This document shows positions 8,194 to 16,426 of a stretch of 64,000 nt of DNA, piece by piece. Location of the stretch: contig DASZCS010000012.1 of NCBI GenBank assembly GCA_035942855.1, positions 33,198 through 97,197 of the forward strand, read 5' to 3'. The notes under the pieces are model-generated. The model was not told the origin of the DNA, did no database searches, and saw nothing but the letters and a program-made list of their open reading frames with translations. Origin of the DNA: Pyrinomonadaceae bacterium. Lineage in GTDB: Bacteria; Acidobacteriota; Blastocatellia; Pyrinomonadales; Pyrinomonadaceae. Numbering within the stretch: position 1 is the stretch's first letter; each line of letters starts with the position of its first letter. A program made the translations under genes and the position numbers.

Positions 8194-8209
8194 TGGCACG
8201 ATGGTTGCA
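8194..8209 (+). promoter_or_regulatory. sigma-54 (RpoN) -24/-12 promoter upstream of the S8 protease
   Basis: TGGCACGATGGTTGCA is an exact match to TGGCACG-N4-TTGCA, with GG-N10-GC spacing. It lies 186 nt upstream of the ATG at 8395 in a 670-nt non-coding spacer. Confidence 0.65.
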
Positions 8210-8394
8210 CTAAAGACAAATGCGTGAGTTGGGCAAAAAGAGGCTTTGAATTCGACTTTTGAGCGAATTCGGCAGCAACGTTTAGCCGCTTGAAAACCTC
8301 AAAGATTGCGCCATCCGTTGCCGCCCGGTGCAGTTTAAATTCCCCTTTTGCTGCCCACACAAAAAGAGTCTTCTGAATCGCCTGTGAGAACGAG

Positions 8395-10488
8395 ATGAAG
8401 AGAATCATTCGCCGCGCGCGCAAAAGTTTCGTCGCCCTGCTCGTCCTGGCCTCTCTGTGCTTCGCCAATCTTGGCGGGCTGGCCGCGCGCGGGCAGTCTC
8501 TACAGGATGGGAAACGCGCCGGTGCGGCTAGAAAATCCGGCGCTGCCGTGTCGGGCAAGACGAAAACTCCCGGCCTGCCACTGACGAAATACAACGCGCG
8601 ACTCGAAAAACTCTCGCCCGACTTGGCCGATCAACTCGTCCGCTCCGTTAATCACAAGACACGCTTCCGCGTCATCTGCCGCTTCAACGCTCCGGCCGGG
8701 AGCGGCGTGCAGGAGGTCTACACGCGGCGCGGCGTGCGCGTCAATTACGCCTTTCAGGATTCGAGCTTCGTGAGCGCGGAGATGACCGCGAGGGACGCGC
8801 TTGATTTGACCCGGTTCGGCGAAATCTCCTACATCACGCCCGACCGCGAAGTGCGCACGCTCGGCCACGTCTCGGCGACGACCGGCGCAGACCTTGTGCG
8901 CGCACAGGCCACGGGTGGACTCGACGGCACGGGCATCGGCATCGCCGTGCTCGATTCGGGCATCAAGCGCAGCCACAAATCTTTCCGCGACGGACGCTCG
9001 ACCGATAGCGACGTGCGCGTCGTGGCTGAGAAGGATTTCTCCAACTACGGCAGCGCCGACGACTATTACGGCCACGGCACGCACGTCGCCTCGCTCGTCG
9101 CGGGCAACGGTCGCGTCGCCAGTGCTGCCTACGTCGGCATCGCGCCGAATGCCAACATCGTCAACCTGCGCGTGCTCGACAATGAAGGGCGCGGCTCCGT
9201 CTCGTCAGTCCTGCTCGCGCTCGATTGGGTGATGGCGAATCGCACGCTCTACAACATACGCGTCGTCAATATGAGCCTCGGCATGCCCGCCGTGGATTCT
9301 TACCGAAACGATCCCATCTGTCTCGCCGTCAGGCGTCTGGTTGACGCAGGGGTTGTCGTGGTGACGGCGGCGGGCAACAACGGCAAGACGGACGACGGGC
9401 AGAAAGTTTACGGGCAGATACACTCGCCCGGCATAGAGCCTTCGGCCATCACCGTGGGCGCGTCGAACACCTTCGGCACGAACGAGCGCACAGACGATGC
9501 TGTTGCCTCCTACAGTTCGCGCGGCCCCACGCGCGGCAGCTACGTGGACGCGGCGGGCGTGCGCCATTTCGACAATCTCGTCAAACCCGAACTCGTTGCC
9601 CCCGGCAACAAACTCGTCGGGGCGCAATCAGAGGGCGAGTGTCCCGCGAGCCAGGATGATTGCGGCGCGAAGAATTTCCTGCTCACGCAAAATCCGCAGA
9701 TGGAAGCGCATGTGAGCACGGACGACAGCCGCGCCATGATGTTTATGAGCGGCACTTCGATGGCTGCCCCGCAGGTGGCCGGTGCGGCCGCGCTGCTCCT
9801 GCAAGTCAATCCGCGTCTCACTCCGAATCTGATCAAGACGATCTTGATGTACACGGCGCAGCCCTTGAACAACTTCAACGCGTTCGAGCAGGGCGCGGGC
9901 GGGCTTAACATCGAAGGCGCAGTCCGCCTCGCCAAACTCGTCCGCCGCGACATCGGAAGCGGCTTGCCGCTCGGCGCGCCCCTGCTCACGGGCGCAGCGC
10001 CCACGCCGCGCACGACAATCGCCGGGCACACTTTCGACTGGGCGCAGGGCGTCGTCCTCAGTCACAGCTTCGCTACGGGACTCGACCTCATCACCGAATA
10101 CCAGCGCGTCTACGACCTCGGTGTGATCATCAGCGATGGTGTGATTATCAGCGACGGCGTCATCATCAGCGACGGCGTCATCATCAGTGACGGCCTGCGA
10201 CGAAATCCAGACTTTCTCAGCGACGGCGTGATCATCAGCGACCACATAAGGACGAGCGGCGGCAGTATGCTCGGCGACGGGACGCCTTACGTCGCCGTCG
10301 GCGTGATCATCAGCGACGGCGTGATCATCAGCGATGGGCTGTTGCGCGACGACGGGGTCATTATCAGCGACGGAGTGATTATCAGCGACGTGCTGTTGAA
10401 GTCTCTGGCGACGCTGGCCGACGGCGACCGCACGCGTTATGCACCCGTCGTTGTCGATACGGGCGCAGACTATCGAGGCTATTTCTGA
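8395..10488 (+). CDS. secreted subtilisin-like serine protease (peptidase S8) with a C-terminal GVIISD hexapeptide-repeat region
   Basis: Signal peptide (FVALLVLASLCFANLGG). Catalytic triad motifs: AVLDSGI (Asp), HGTHVASLVAG (His), GTSMAAPQVAGAAALL (Ser). Nine GVIISD units occur between 10120 and 10389. Confidence 0.9.
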   Translation: MKRIIRRARKSFVALLVLASLCFANLGGLAARGQSLQDGKRAGAARKSGAAVSGKTKTPGLPLTKYNARLEKLSPDLADQLVRSVNHKTRFRVICRFNAPAGSGVQEVYTRRGVRVNYAFQDSSFVSAEMTARDALDLTRFGEISYITPDREVRTLGHVSATTGADLVRAQATGGLDGTGIGIAVLDSGIKRSHKSFRDGRSTDSDVRVVAEKDFSNYGSADDYYGHGTHVASLVAGNGRVASAAYVGIAPNANIVNLRVLDNEGRGSVSSVLLALDWVMANRTLYNIRVVNMSLGMPAVDSYRNDPICLAVRRLVDAGVVVVTAAGNNGKTDDGQKVYGQIHSPGIEPSAITVGASNTFGTNERTDDAVASYSSRGPTRGSYVDAAGVRHFDNLVKPELVAPGNKLVGAQSEGECPASQDDCGAKNFLLTQNPQMEAHVSTDDSRAMMFMSGTSMAAPQVAGAAALLLQVNPRLTPNLIKTILMYTAQPLNNFNAFEQGAGGLNIEGAVRLAKLVRRDIGSGLPLGAPLLTGAAPTPRTTIAGHTFDWAQGVVLSHSFATGLDLITEYQRVYDLGVIISDGVIISDGVIISDGVIISDGLRRNPDFLSDGVIISDHIRTSGGSMLGDGTPYVAVGVIISDGVIISDGLLRDDGVIISDGVIISDVLLKSLATLADGDRTRYAPVVVDTGADYRGYF

Positions 10489-10644
10489 CGGCATGAGCGA
10501 CGCATACGCTGACAGAGTCTGCGCCCCCGGCACTCAGGACGTGCGCCCCCGAGATTCGCGTTGATGCGTTCTGCAAACTTGAAGTTGATGCCCTCGTAAG
10601 TTCCGTTAATATTGAAACTCCGATCCCTCGCCCGACATTCAGCC

Positions 10645-11556
10645 ATGTCTCAAACGCTTAACTCCTCACAGACCGCGCCGCCTCGCACGCACGCGCGCAC
10701 CTCGCGCGGAGGCCACATCTCTTCACCGCAACTGCTCGTTCGCGGCCAGGAGGCGGAGGCTCTGAACTTTCTGGCCGTGCGTCCGGTCGAGAACGTCATC
10801 ATGTCGAGCTTGATCCGCGACCACGGGTTCGAGCGCAGTTTGAACCGCGGCGATTTTTACGCGTGCCGCGATGCGAGCGGCGCGCTCACAGGTATCGCCC
10901 TGCTCGGTCATCACATACTTTTTGCGAGCGGGTGCAACGAGACGATCGAGGCGTTCGCGGCGGGAGCGCGCGAGCGTTGCGATGCACACGTCATACTGGG
11001 CGAGAGGGAAGCGGCCGGGCGTTTCTGGTCTGCTTATGCGCGCGCGGGCGAGTTGCCTCCGCTCGTGCAGCGGGAATTGTTGTTGGAGCAGCGTTGGCCT
11101 GTGGCGGTGCGCGAGTTTGTGCCGGGGTTGCGCGCGGCGACGCTCGCGGATTTGCCTGAGGTCGTGGAGGTGCACGCGCAGTTGGCTTGCGAAGAGAGTT
11201 CCGTTAACCCTCTGGAAGTTGACCCGGAAGGTTTTCGCGCGCGACTGGCGCGTCGCATCGAGGCGGGGCGTGTCTGGGTCTGGATCGAGCGCGGGCGTCT
11301 CGTCTTCAAGACGGACATCATTTCCGACACGCCCGAAGTGATCTATCTCGAAGGCGTTTACGTGAACGCGGACGAGCGCGGTAAGGGCTACGGGCTGCGC
11401 TGCCTGTCGCAACTGAGCCGCGAGTTGTTGAGGCGCGCGCATTCGCTCTGTCTGCTCGTCAACGAAACGAACGAGCGGGCGCAACTTTTCTATCGCCGCG
11501 CCGGTTACAAATTGCACAGCCGCTACGACACGATCTATCTCCCGCCGCGAACGTGA
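10645..11556 (+). CDS. GNAT-family N-acetyltransferase (about 300 aa, with an extra N-terminal domain)
   Basis: The C-terminal acetyl-CoA motif region reads VYVNADERGKGYGLRCLSQL..LLVNETNERAQLFYRRAGYKL. ATG at 10645 is preferred over the ORF-track TTG at 10612. Confidence 0.7.
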   Translation: MSQTLNSSQTAPPRTHARTSRGGHISSPQLLVRGQEAEALNFLAVRPVENVIMSSLIRDHGFERSLNRGDFYACRDASGALTGIALLGHHILFASGCNETIEAFAAGARERCDAHVILGEREAAGRFWSAYARAGELPPLVQRELLLEQRWPVAVREFVPGLRAATLADLPEVVEVHAQLACEESSVNPLEVDPEGFRARLARRIEAGRVWVWIERGRLVFKTDIISDTPEVIYLEGVYVNADERGKGYGLRCLSQLSRELLRRAHSLCLLVNETNERAQLFYRRAGYKLHSRYDTIYLPPRT

Positions 11557-11782
11557 AGCGCGTCTTCGGTCACACCCGGCGCGTGCGCCGGAAGTTGTAG
11601 TTTGTGATTTGAGAACGCAGCCACTATATTTAACCCACATCAACCGGCCGTCATTCTTGAAGGGCGTTTCCCGGCGACGCGTGAGCCGGAAGACGTGCCC
11701 GTGTTGACGGTTGCCCCGACTCGGTTCACCTGCAAAATGTTTCGAGACGTAAAAAAGTATCCGGCAGAGGCCGCCCGAAGCG

Positions 11783-14700
11783 ATGAGTAAGGAGAGAAGA
11801 GAGGCGGAATCCGGCGTCGCCAGCTTGAGCGAGGCGCGCGCACGCGTGCAGGGCGCGCGCGAGTCGCTTGAACGCGAACTGGAAGAGGTGCGCCTGCTGC
11901 TCGATCAAGGACTGACTTCCGAAGTCTTGAAGCGCGCGTCGGCGCTCGTGCGCGCGGCGCGACAGGATGCGACGCTCCTGGCGCGCGCGCGTTGCCTGCT
12001 CTCGGCGGCTTTGGAGATGCAGGGTCGTTACCGCGAATCGCTCGAAGCCGTGCAGATGTACGAGCAAGCGGAGGAACGCGCCAAGTGCGATACAACGTCT
12101 TCGATCTATCTCGGCGTTCAACTCGGACTTGCCTATAACTACACGGGCGATCATCCGAAGGCCATCGCGATCTTGAACGGTGCTTTGCGTGAAGCGACGG
12201 AGCATGGCGGCGGCGCACAGGCCGGTTCGGTCTACGTCGCTTTGGCGCGCGTCTATCGCACCATCAACGAGTACACCATCGCGCGCGACCACGCGCAAAA
12301 GGCGCTCGAACATTTTCGCGGCACGGGCGACTGGCGTGGCCTGGCCGAAGCCTATTTCGCCATCGCTCTGGCCGAGCTTTTCGAAGGCGACTACGAGCCT
12401 GCGCTGAACAATCTAGGGCACGCTTTGAAACTCGTTGGCGACCATCCAGCGCCCTACCTGCTCGGCAAAATCTACACGAACATGGCGGGCGTCTGCTGGT
12501 TTCTCAAACGCCCGCACGACGGCATCAAATATCTAGAGACGGCCATCAGCTACTACGAGCGCACCGAGCACAAGGCCAACGCGGCCGACGGCTACAACAA
12601 CCTCGGCATTCACCTGATCCTCGTCGGCGAATGGGATCGCGCGCAGGAAGCGCTCGAACGCGCTCTCGCGCTCGCTTCCGAAACGGACAAGCGCGGCGAG
12701 CAGACGATGATCCTCGATTCGCTCGGCGAGTTGTTGATGCTCAGGGGCGAACTGGAAGAGGCCGAAAAGTATCTGGAACGCGCCGTCGAACTGTCGCAGG
12801 AACACGGCAACAAGTGGTACGTCGGCCAAGCCCTGCGCACGCTCGGCCGCTGTCATCTGGCGTCGAACGATCTGGATCGAGCACTTGCACACGGCACGCG
12901 CGCGCTCGAATACGCCGAACGCATCGGCGACCGTCAGGCCGTCTGCGATTCGCGCCTGCTCCTCGGCGAGACGTATCTCAGGCGCGGCGACCTCGCCCGT
13001 TGCGAAGAACAACTCAATCCGGTGCTCGCCGAGACAGCCGACACTTCGGCCGACCTCGCCGTCTCAGGCGAAGCGCAACGCCTCCACGGTTTGCTCTCGC
13101 TCGCACGCGGCGACGCGTTGCTGGCCGCGCAACACTTCGGACGCAGCGTCTCGATCTACGAGATGCTCGGCGACCGCTATCGCAGCGCCCGCTCGCGCTA
13201 CGACTTGGGGCGCGCCTATGCCGACGCGCAGCCCGAACGCGCGCACGAATGTCTGACGCGCGCCGCCGAAACTTTTCGTCAACTCGGAGCGCGCCGCGAC
13301 ATCGCACAGGCCGAAGAAGCTCTCAGTGCGCTCGACCGAAGCGCCGTCGTCGAAGACCACTCGCACGCCGCGCAGCAGACGCGTCTGGACAACCTCACGC
13401 ACCTGATCCTGCTCAGACTGACCGAGGCCGTCGCTTCGCGCGAACTACTCCTGCGCGAACTCGCCGCCGTCATCTATCAGGAGACGGGCGCGCGCCGCAT
13501 CTTGATCGCGGAGGCGGACGAAGAAGGGCACGAGCGCACGGTCGTCGCACACGGCTGGACGGAAACGGAGAGCGTGGAACTGTTGGAGAAGTTGCTTCGT
13601 GCGGAAGGCGTGGAAGGGGAGAGACGCGTAGCCGTTGAGGCGGAAGCTGAGATCGTAGAACTACGTCCGCCGCACGCGCCGCACGCGCGGCTGCTCGTCT
13701 CGCCGCCGGGAGCGGCCAAACTTCCGGGCGGCTTTTCGCTCGACCCGCTGCTTGGCATGGTCGAACTCGGTCTGGACGTGTGTGCGTTTCGAGAGAAGGC
13801 GCGTGAAGGTTTCGACGGCGCGGAGCAATCCACGCTCGCCAGCCAGAGCTTCATGCCCGGCTTCATACATTCATCTCCGGCGATGACGCGGCTAGTTGAG
13901 GAAGTCCACAAAATCCGTTCATCGGACGTAACCGTCCTCGTGACGGGCGAGTCCGGCACGGGCAAAGAACTGGTCGCACGCGCCATCCACGCTCTCTCTT
14001 CGCGACGCGCCAAAGTCTTCGTTCCGTTCAACTGCACGGCAGTCCCTAAAGAGTTGTCGGACGCTTACCTGTTCGGCTATCGCAGGGGAGCATTCACGGG
14101 CGCGGTGTCCGACTCGCCGGGCGTGATTCGCTCGGCGGCGGGCGGCACTCTGTTCTTGGACGAGATTGGCGATCTTCCGCTCGACATCCAGCCGAAGCTG
14201 TTGCGCTTTTTGCAGGAGGGAGAGATACAACCACTGGGCGAGCAGCGCCCCGTGAAGGTTGACGTGCGGATCATCGCCGCCACCAACAGCGACCTCGAAG
14301 ATATGGTGCGCGACGGTCGTTTCCGAGAGGATTTGTATTATCGTCTGAACGTCATCCGCCTGCGTGTGCCGCCGCTTCGTGAGCGTCGTTCGGAAATCCC
14401 CACGCTCGTCAATCACTACATCGGCCACTATGCGCGGAAGTTTGGCCGCAGCGACATACGCATCACGCCGGAGACGATTGACCTTCTGATGGTCTGCGAC
14501 TGGCCGGGCAACATCCGACAACTCGTCAACGAAATTCAACGCATCATGGCGCGCGCCGAAGACGGCACGCTGATCACGCCCGAACACCTCTCGCCCGAAC
14601 TCAAACGCACCGCCCCGCCCGTCTCCACCACCAACACGAACCTCGCCGCGTTCGGTGCGCCCGCGCCGCAGTCGTCAGCGCAAGGGGGCGAAAATCTCTC

Positions 14701-14857
14701 ACTCCCGGACGCCGTCGAAGACCTCGAACGCCGCATGATCGCAGACGCCTTGCGCCGCCACAAAGGCAACATCTCGCGCGCCGCACGCGAACTCGGCATC
14801 ACGCGCCGCGGCCTCCAACTCAAACTCGGCCGCTACGCCATGAGCGCCACCTCCTGA
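11783..14857 (+). CDS. sigma-54-dependent transcriptional activator (bEBP) with a ~500-aa N-terminal TPR region
   Basis: AAA+ motifs: Walker A VTGESGTGKE, the sigma-54 contact loop GAFTGA, and Walker B LFLDEIGDL. C-terminal Fis-type HTH: ISRAARELGITRRGLQLKL. The N-terminus is TPR-like repeats. Confidence 0.9.
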   Translation: MSKERREAESGVASLSEARARVQGARESLERELEEVRLLLDQGLTSEVLKRASALVRAARQDATLLARARCLLSAALEMQGRYRESLEAVQMYEQAEERAKCDTTSSIYLGVQLGLAYNYTGDHPKAIAILNGALREATEHGGGAQAGSVYVALARVYRTINEYTIARDHAQKALEHFRGTGDWRGLAEAYFAIALAELFEGDYEPALNNLGHALKLVGDHPAPYLLGKIYTNMAGVCWFLKRPHDGIKYLETAISYYERTEHKANAADGYNNLGIHLILVGEWDRAQEALERALALASETDKRGEQTMILDSLGELLMLRGELEEAEKYLERAVELSQEHGNKWYVGQALRTLGRCHLASNDLDRALAHGTRALEYAERIGDRQAVCDSRLLLGETYLRRGDLARCEEQLNPVLAETADTSADLAVSGEAQRLHGLLSLARGDALLAAQHFGRSVSIYEMLGDRYRSARSRYDLGRAYADAQPERAHECLTRAAETFRQLGARRDIAQAEEALSALDRSAVVEDHSHAAQQTRLDNLTHLILLRLTEAVASRELLLRELAAVIYQETGARRILIAEADEEGHERTVVAHGWTETESVELLEKLLRAEGVEGERRVAVEAEAEIVELRPPHAPHARLLVSPPGAAKLPGGFSLDPLLGMVELGLDVCAFREKAREGFDGAEQSTLASQSFMPGFIHSSPAMTRLVEEVHKIRSSDVTVLVTGESGTGKELVARAIHALSSRRAKVFVPFNCTAVPKELSDAYLFGYRRGAFTGAVSDSPGVIRSAAGGTLFLDEIGDLPLDIQPKLLRFLQEGEIQPLGEQRPVKVDVRIIAATNSDLEDMVRDGRFREDLYYRLNVIRLRVPPLRERRSEIPTLVNHYIGHYARKFGRSDIRITPETIDLLMVCDWPGNIRQLVNEIQRIMARAEDGTLITPEHLSPELKRTAPPVSTTNTNLAAFGAPAPQSSAQGGENLSLPDAVEDLERRMIADALRRHKGNISRAARELGITRRGLQLKLGRYAMSATS

Positions 14858-14969
14858 GTTGAAACCTTTCCCCGATTCATTGCGTTATCAACATTGATCC
14901 GCCTCGCCTTTGTAATTCAACTACAAACGTTTCCCCATCCCTTACTTTGATAATTAAGGAGACCCCAAC

Positions 14970-15170
14970 GTGGAACATCCAGAAAAAGCCAAGACGGAAA
15001 CCTCGCACGACGACACGCCGCAAGGGAGCGAAACACCATTCTTCGCGCGCTTCCTCGAAGGTCAACACGCCGAAGCCAGACCGGCCGGAGCGAATGACGA
15101 AGCCGTTTTCATGACCCTCAAATACCCGTCCGACCGCGACGAGATAGACCGGCCGCTATCTCACGTCTAA
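14970..15170 (+). CDS. mdnA: microviridin-family graspetide precursor peptide (66 aa)
   Basis: GTG start with AAGGAG 8 nt upstream. Leader motif PFFARFL at aa 23-29 (15036-15056). Core TLKYPSDRDE at aa 49-58 (15114-15143) fits the microviridin TxKYPSDx[DE][DE] pattern. It sits directly upstream of two ATP-grasp genes. Confidence 0.85.
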   Translation: MEHPEKAKTETSHDDTPQGSETPFFARFLEGQHAEARPAGANDEAVFMTLKYPSDRDEIDRPLSHV

Positions 15171-15262
15171 CCGACCGGAGCGGCGGGCGCTGGCTCTCGA
15201 TCTTCTGCATTTCAAGAGGCCGGAACGTGCCCGTCGCATCGGACGCCCCGCGTGAGATGTTG

Positions 15263-15382
15263 ATTAAGAGCGTCTAACAAAACTGAGAGTGCAAACACGA
15301 AGCGACGCGAACAGCACGAAGCTTTTGTTCGTGTCATTTCGTGTCGCACGCGTTGTTTCATTGTTTCGTCAGACGCTCTTAA
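15263..15382. repeat. long imperfect palindrome (CACGAA family) between the precursor and ligase genes
   Basis: Perfect outer 12-bp arms TTAAGAGCGTCT (15263-15274) / AGACGCTCTTAA (15371-15382). The inner arms carry three CACGAA/CGCGAA units and three inverted TTCGTG-like units. Confidence 0.7.
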
Positions 15383-15430
15383 CGTCTATCGCGCAACTTC
15401 ACAGAACCTTTCCCGAATCCATATCTTTGT

Positions 15431-16426
15431 ATGCGGGCGAAGCCAGAGCCGGACACAGTTCTGCTGCTCACGCACAGCGGCGATTACTACACGGTGGATC
15501 GCGTCGCCGACGCGCTTCAGCGCCGCGGCGCGAAAACTTTTCGCTTCGACACTGATCGCTTCCCGCGCGAGGTGCGCATCGCCGCGTCTCTCTCCGTTGA
15601 GGGCGCGCTCAGCCACGTCATCGAAGACGGCGCGGCGACGTGCGACGCGACGACGGTGCGCGCGGTCTGGGCGCGCCGGATATGGACGCCGTCATTGGAC
15701 GAAAATCTCGACCCGAAATTTCGGCAGATGTGCCTGCGCGAGAGTGTCGCCGCGCTCGAAGCCTTTCTCGACGGGCTGCACGGAGCGCGCTGGATCAACG
15801 AACGCGGGCGCGAAGAAGAGGCCGGGAACAAACTGCTGCAACTGCGTCTCGCCGCCCGAACGGGCTTGCGCATCCCGCGCACGCTGCTGACAAACGATGC
15901 CGAGCGGGCGCGCGAATTCTTTCGCGCGAACGACGGCGCGCTCGTGGCAAAATTGCTCACGCCCGTCTCCAACGGCATGAACGCGGATTCGGCTTTCGTC
16001 TACACGAACGAAGTCAGCGCACGCGACCTGGAAGACGCGAGCGGACTCCGGCACAGCCCCATGGTGTTTCAGGAGCGCGTGCCGAAATCGCTCGAACTGC
16101 GCGTCGCTTATGTCGCGGGAAAATTCTTCGTCGGCGCGCTCGACGCGAGCGGCAGCATGCGCGGGCGAATCGATTGGCGGCGCGCAACGCCTGAAGAATG
16201 CAGTTGGCGGCGCGACGACATCCCGCCCGAACTCGGGGCGCAACTCACGACATTGATGCGCGAACTGCGACTCGTCTACGGGGCAATAGACATTATCCGC
16301 ACGCCTGAAGGCCAGCACATCTTTCTCGAAGTGAACCCCGGCGGCGAATGGGGCATGCTCGAACGCGACCTCGGACTCCCCATCGCCGACGCAATCGCCG
16401 ACGCGCTCCTCGACCAAAATTTATGA
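15431..16426 (+). CDS. mdnB: ATP-grasp RiPP macrocyclase, MdnB/MvdC-like (the B versus C assignment rests on gene order)
   Basis: N-terminus LLLTHSGDYYTVDRVADALQRRGAKTFRFDTDRFP is paralogous to the next gene. C-terminal ATP-grasp motifs: YGAIDIIRTPEGQHIFLEVNPGGEW. Its stop overlaps the next gene's start (ATGA). Confidence 0.8.
   Translation: MRAKPEPDTVLLLTHSGDYYTVDRVADALQRRGAKTFRFDTDRFPREVRIAASLSVEGALSHVIEDGAATCDATTVRAVWARRIWTPSLDENLDPKFRQMCLRESVAALEAFLDGLHGARWINERGREEEAGNKLLQLRLAARTGLRIPRTLLTNDAERAREFFRANDGALVAKLLTPVSNGMNADSAFVYTNEVSARDLEDASGLRHSPMVFQERVPKSLELRVAYVAGKFFVGALDASGSMRGRIDWRRATPEECSWRRDDIPPELGAQLTTLMRELRLVYGAIDIIRTPEGQHIFLEVNPGGEWGMLERDLGLPIADAIADALLDQNL

Noticed and set aside
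10645-11556. The GNAT as the MdnD-type N-acetyltransferase of the microviridin pathway.
   Set aside because: It is 3.4 kb away, separated from the cluster by the 3-kb bEBP gene, and is a ~300-aa two-domain GNAT rather than a small MdnD-like enzyme. Proximity alone is insufficient. I keep it only as a possibility inside the module hypothesis.
14858-14969. A sigma-54 promoter directly upstream of the microviridin precursor, which would link it to the adjacent bEBP.
   Set aside because: No GG-N10-GC element with TGGCAC/TTGC character is present in the 112-nt spacer. Only the AAC-TTTCCC repeats and a short TTTGTA/TACAAA palindrome are seen.
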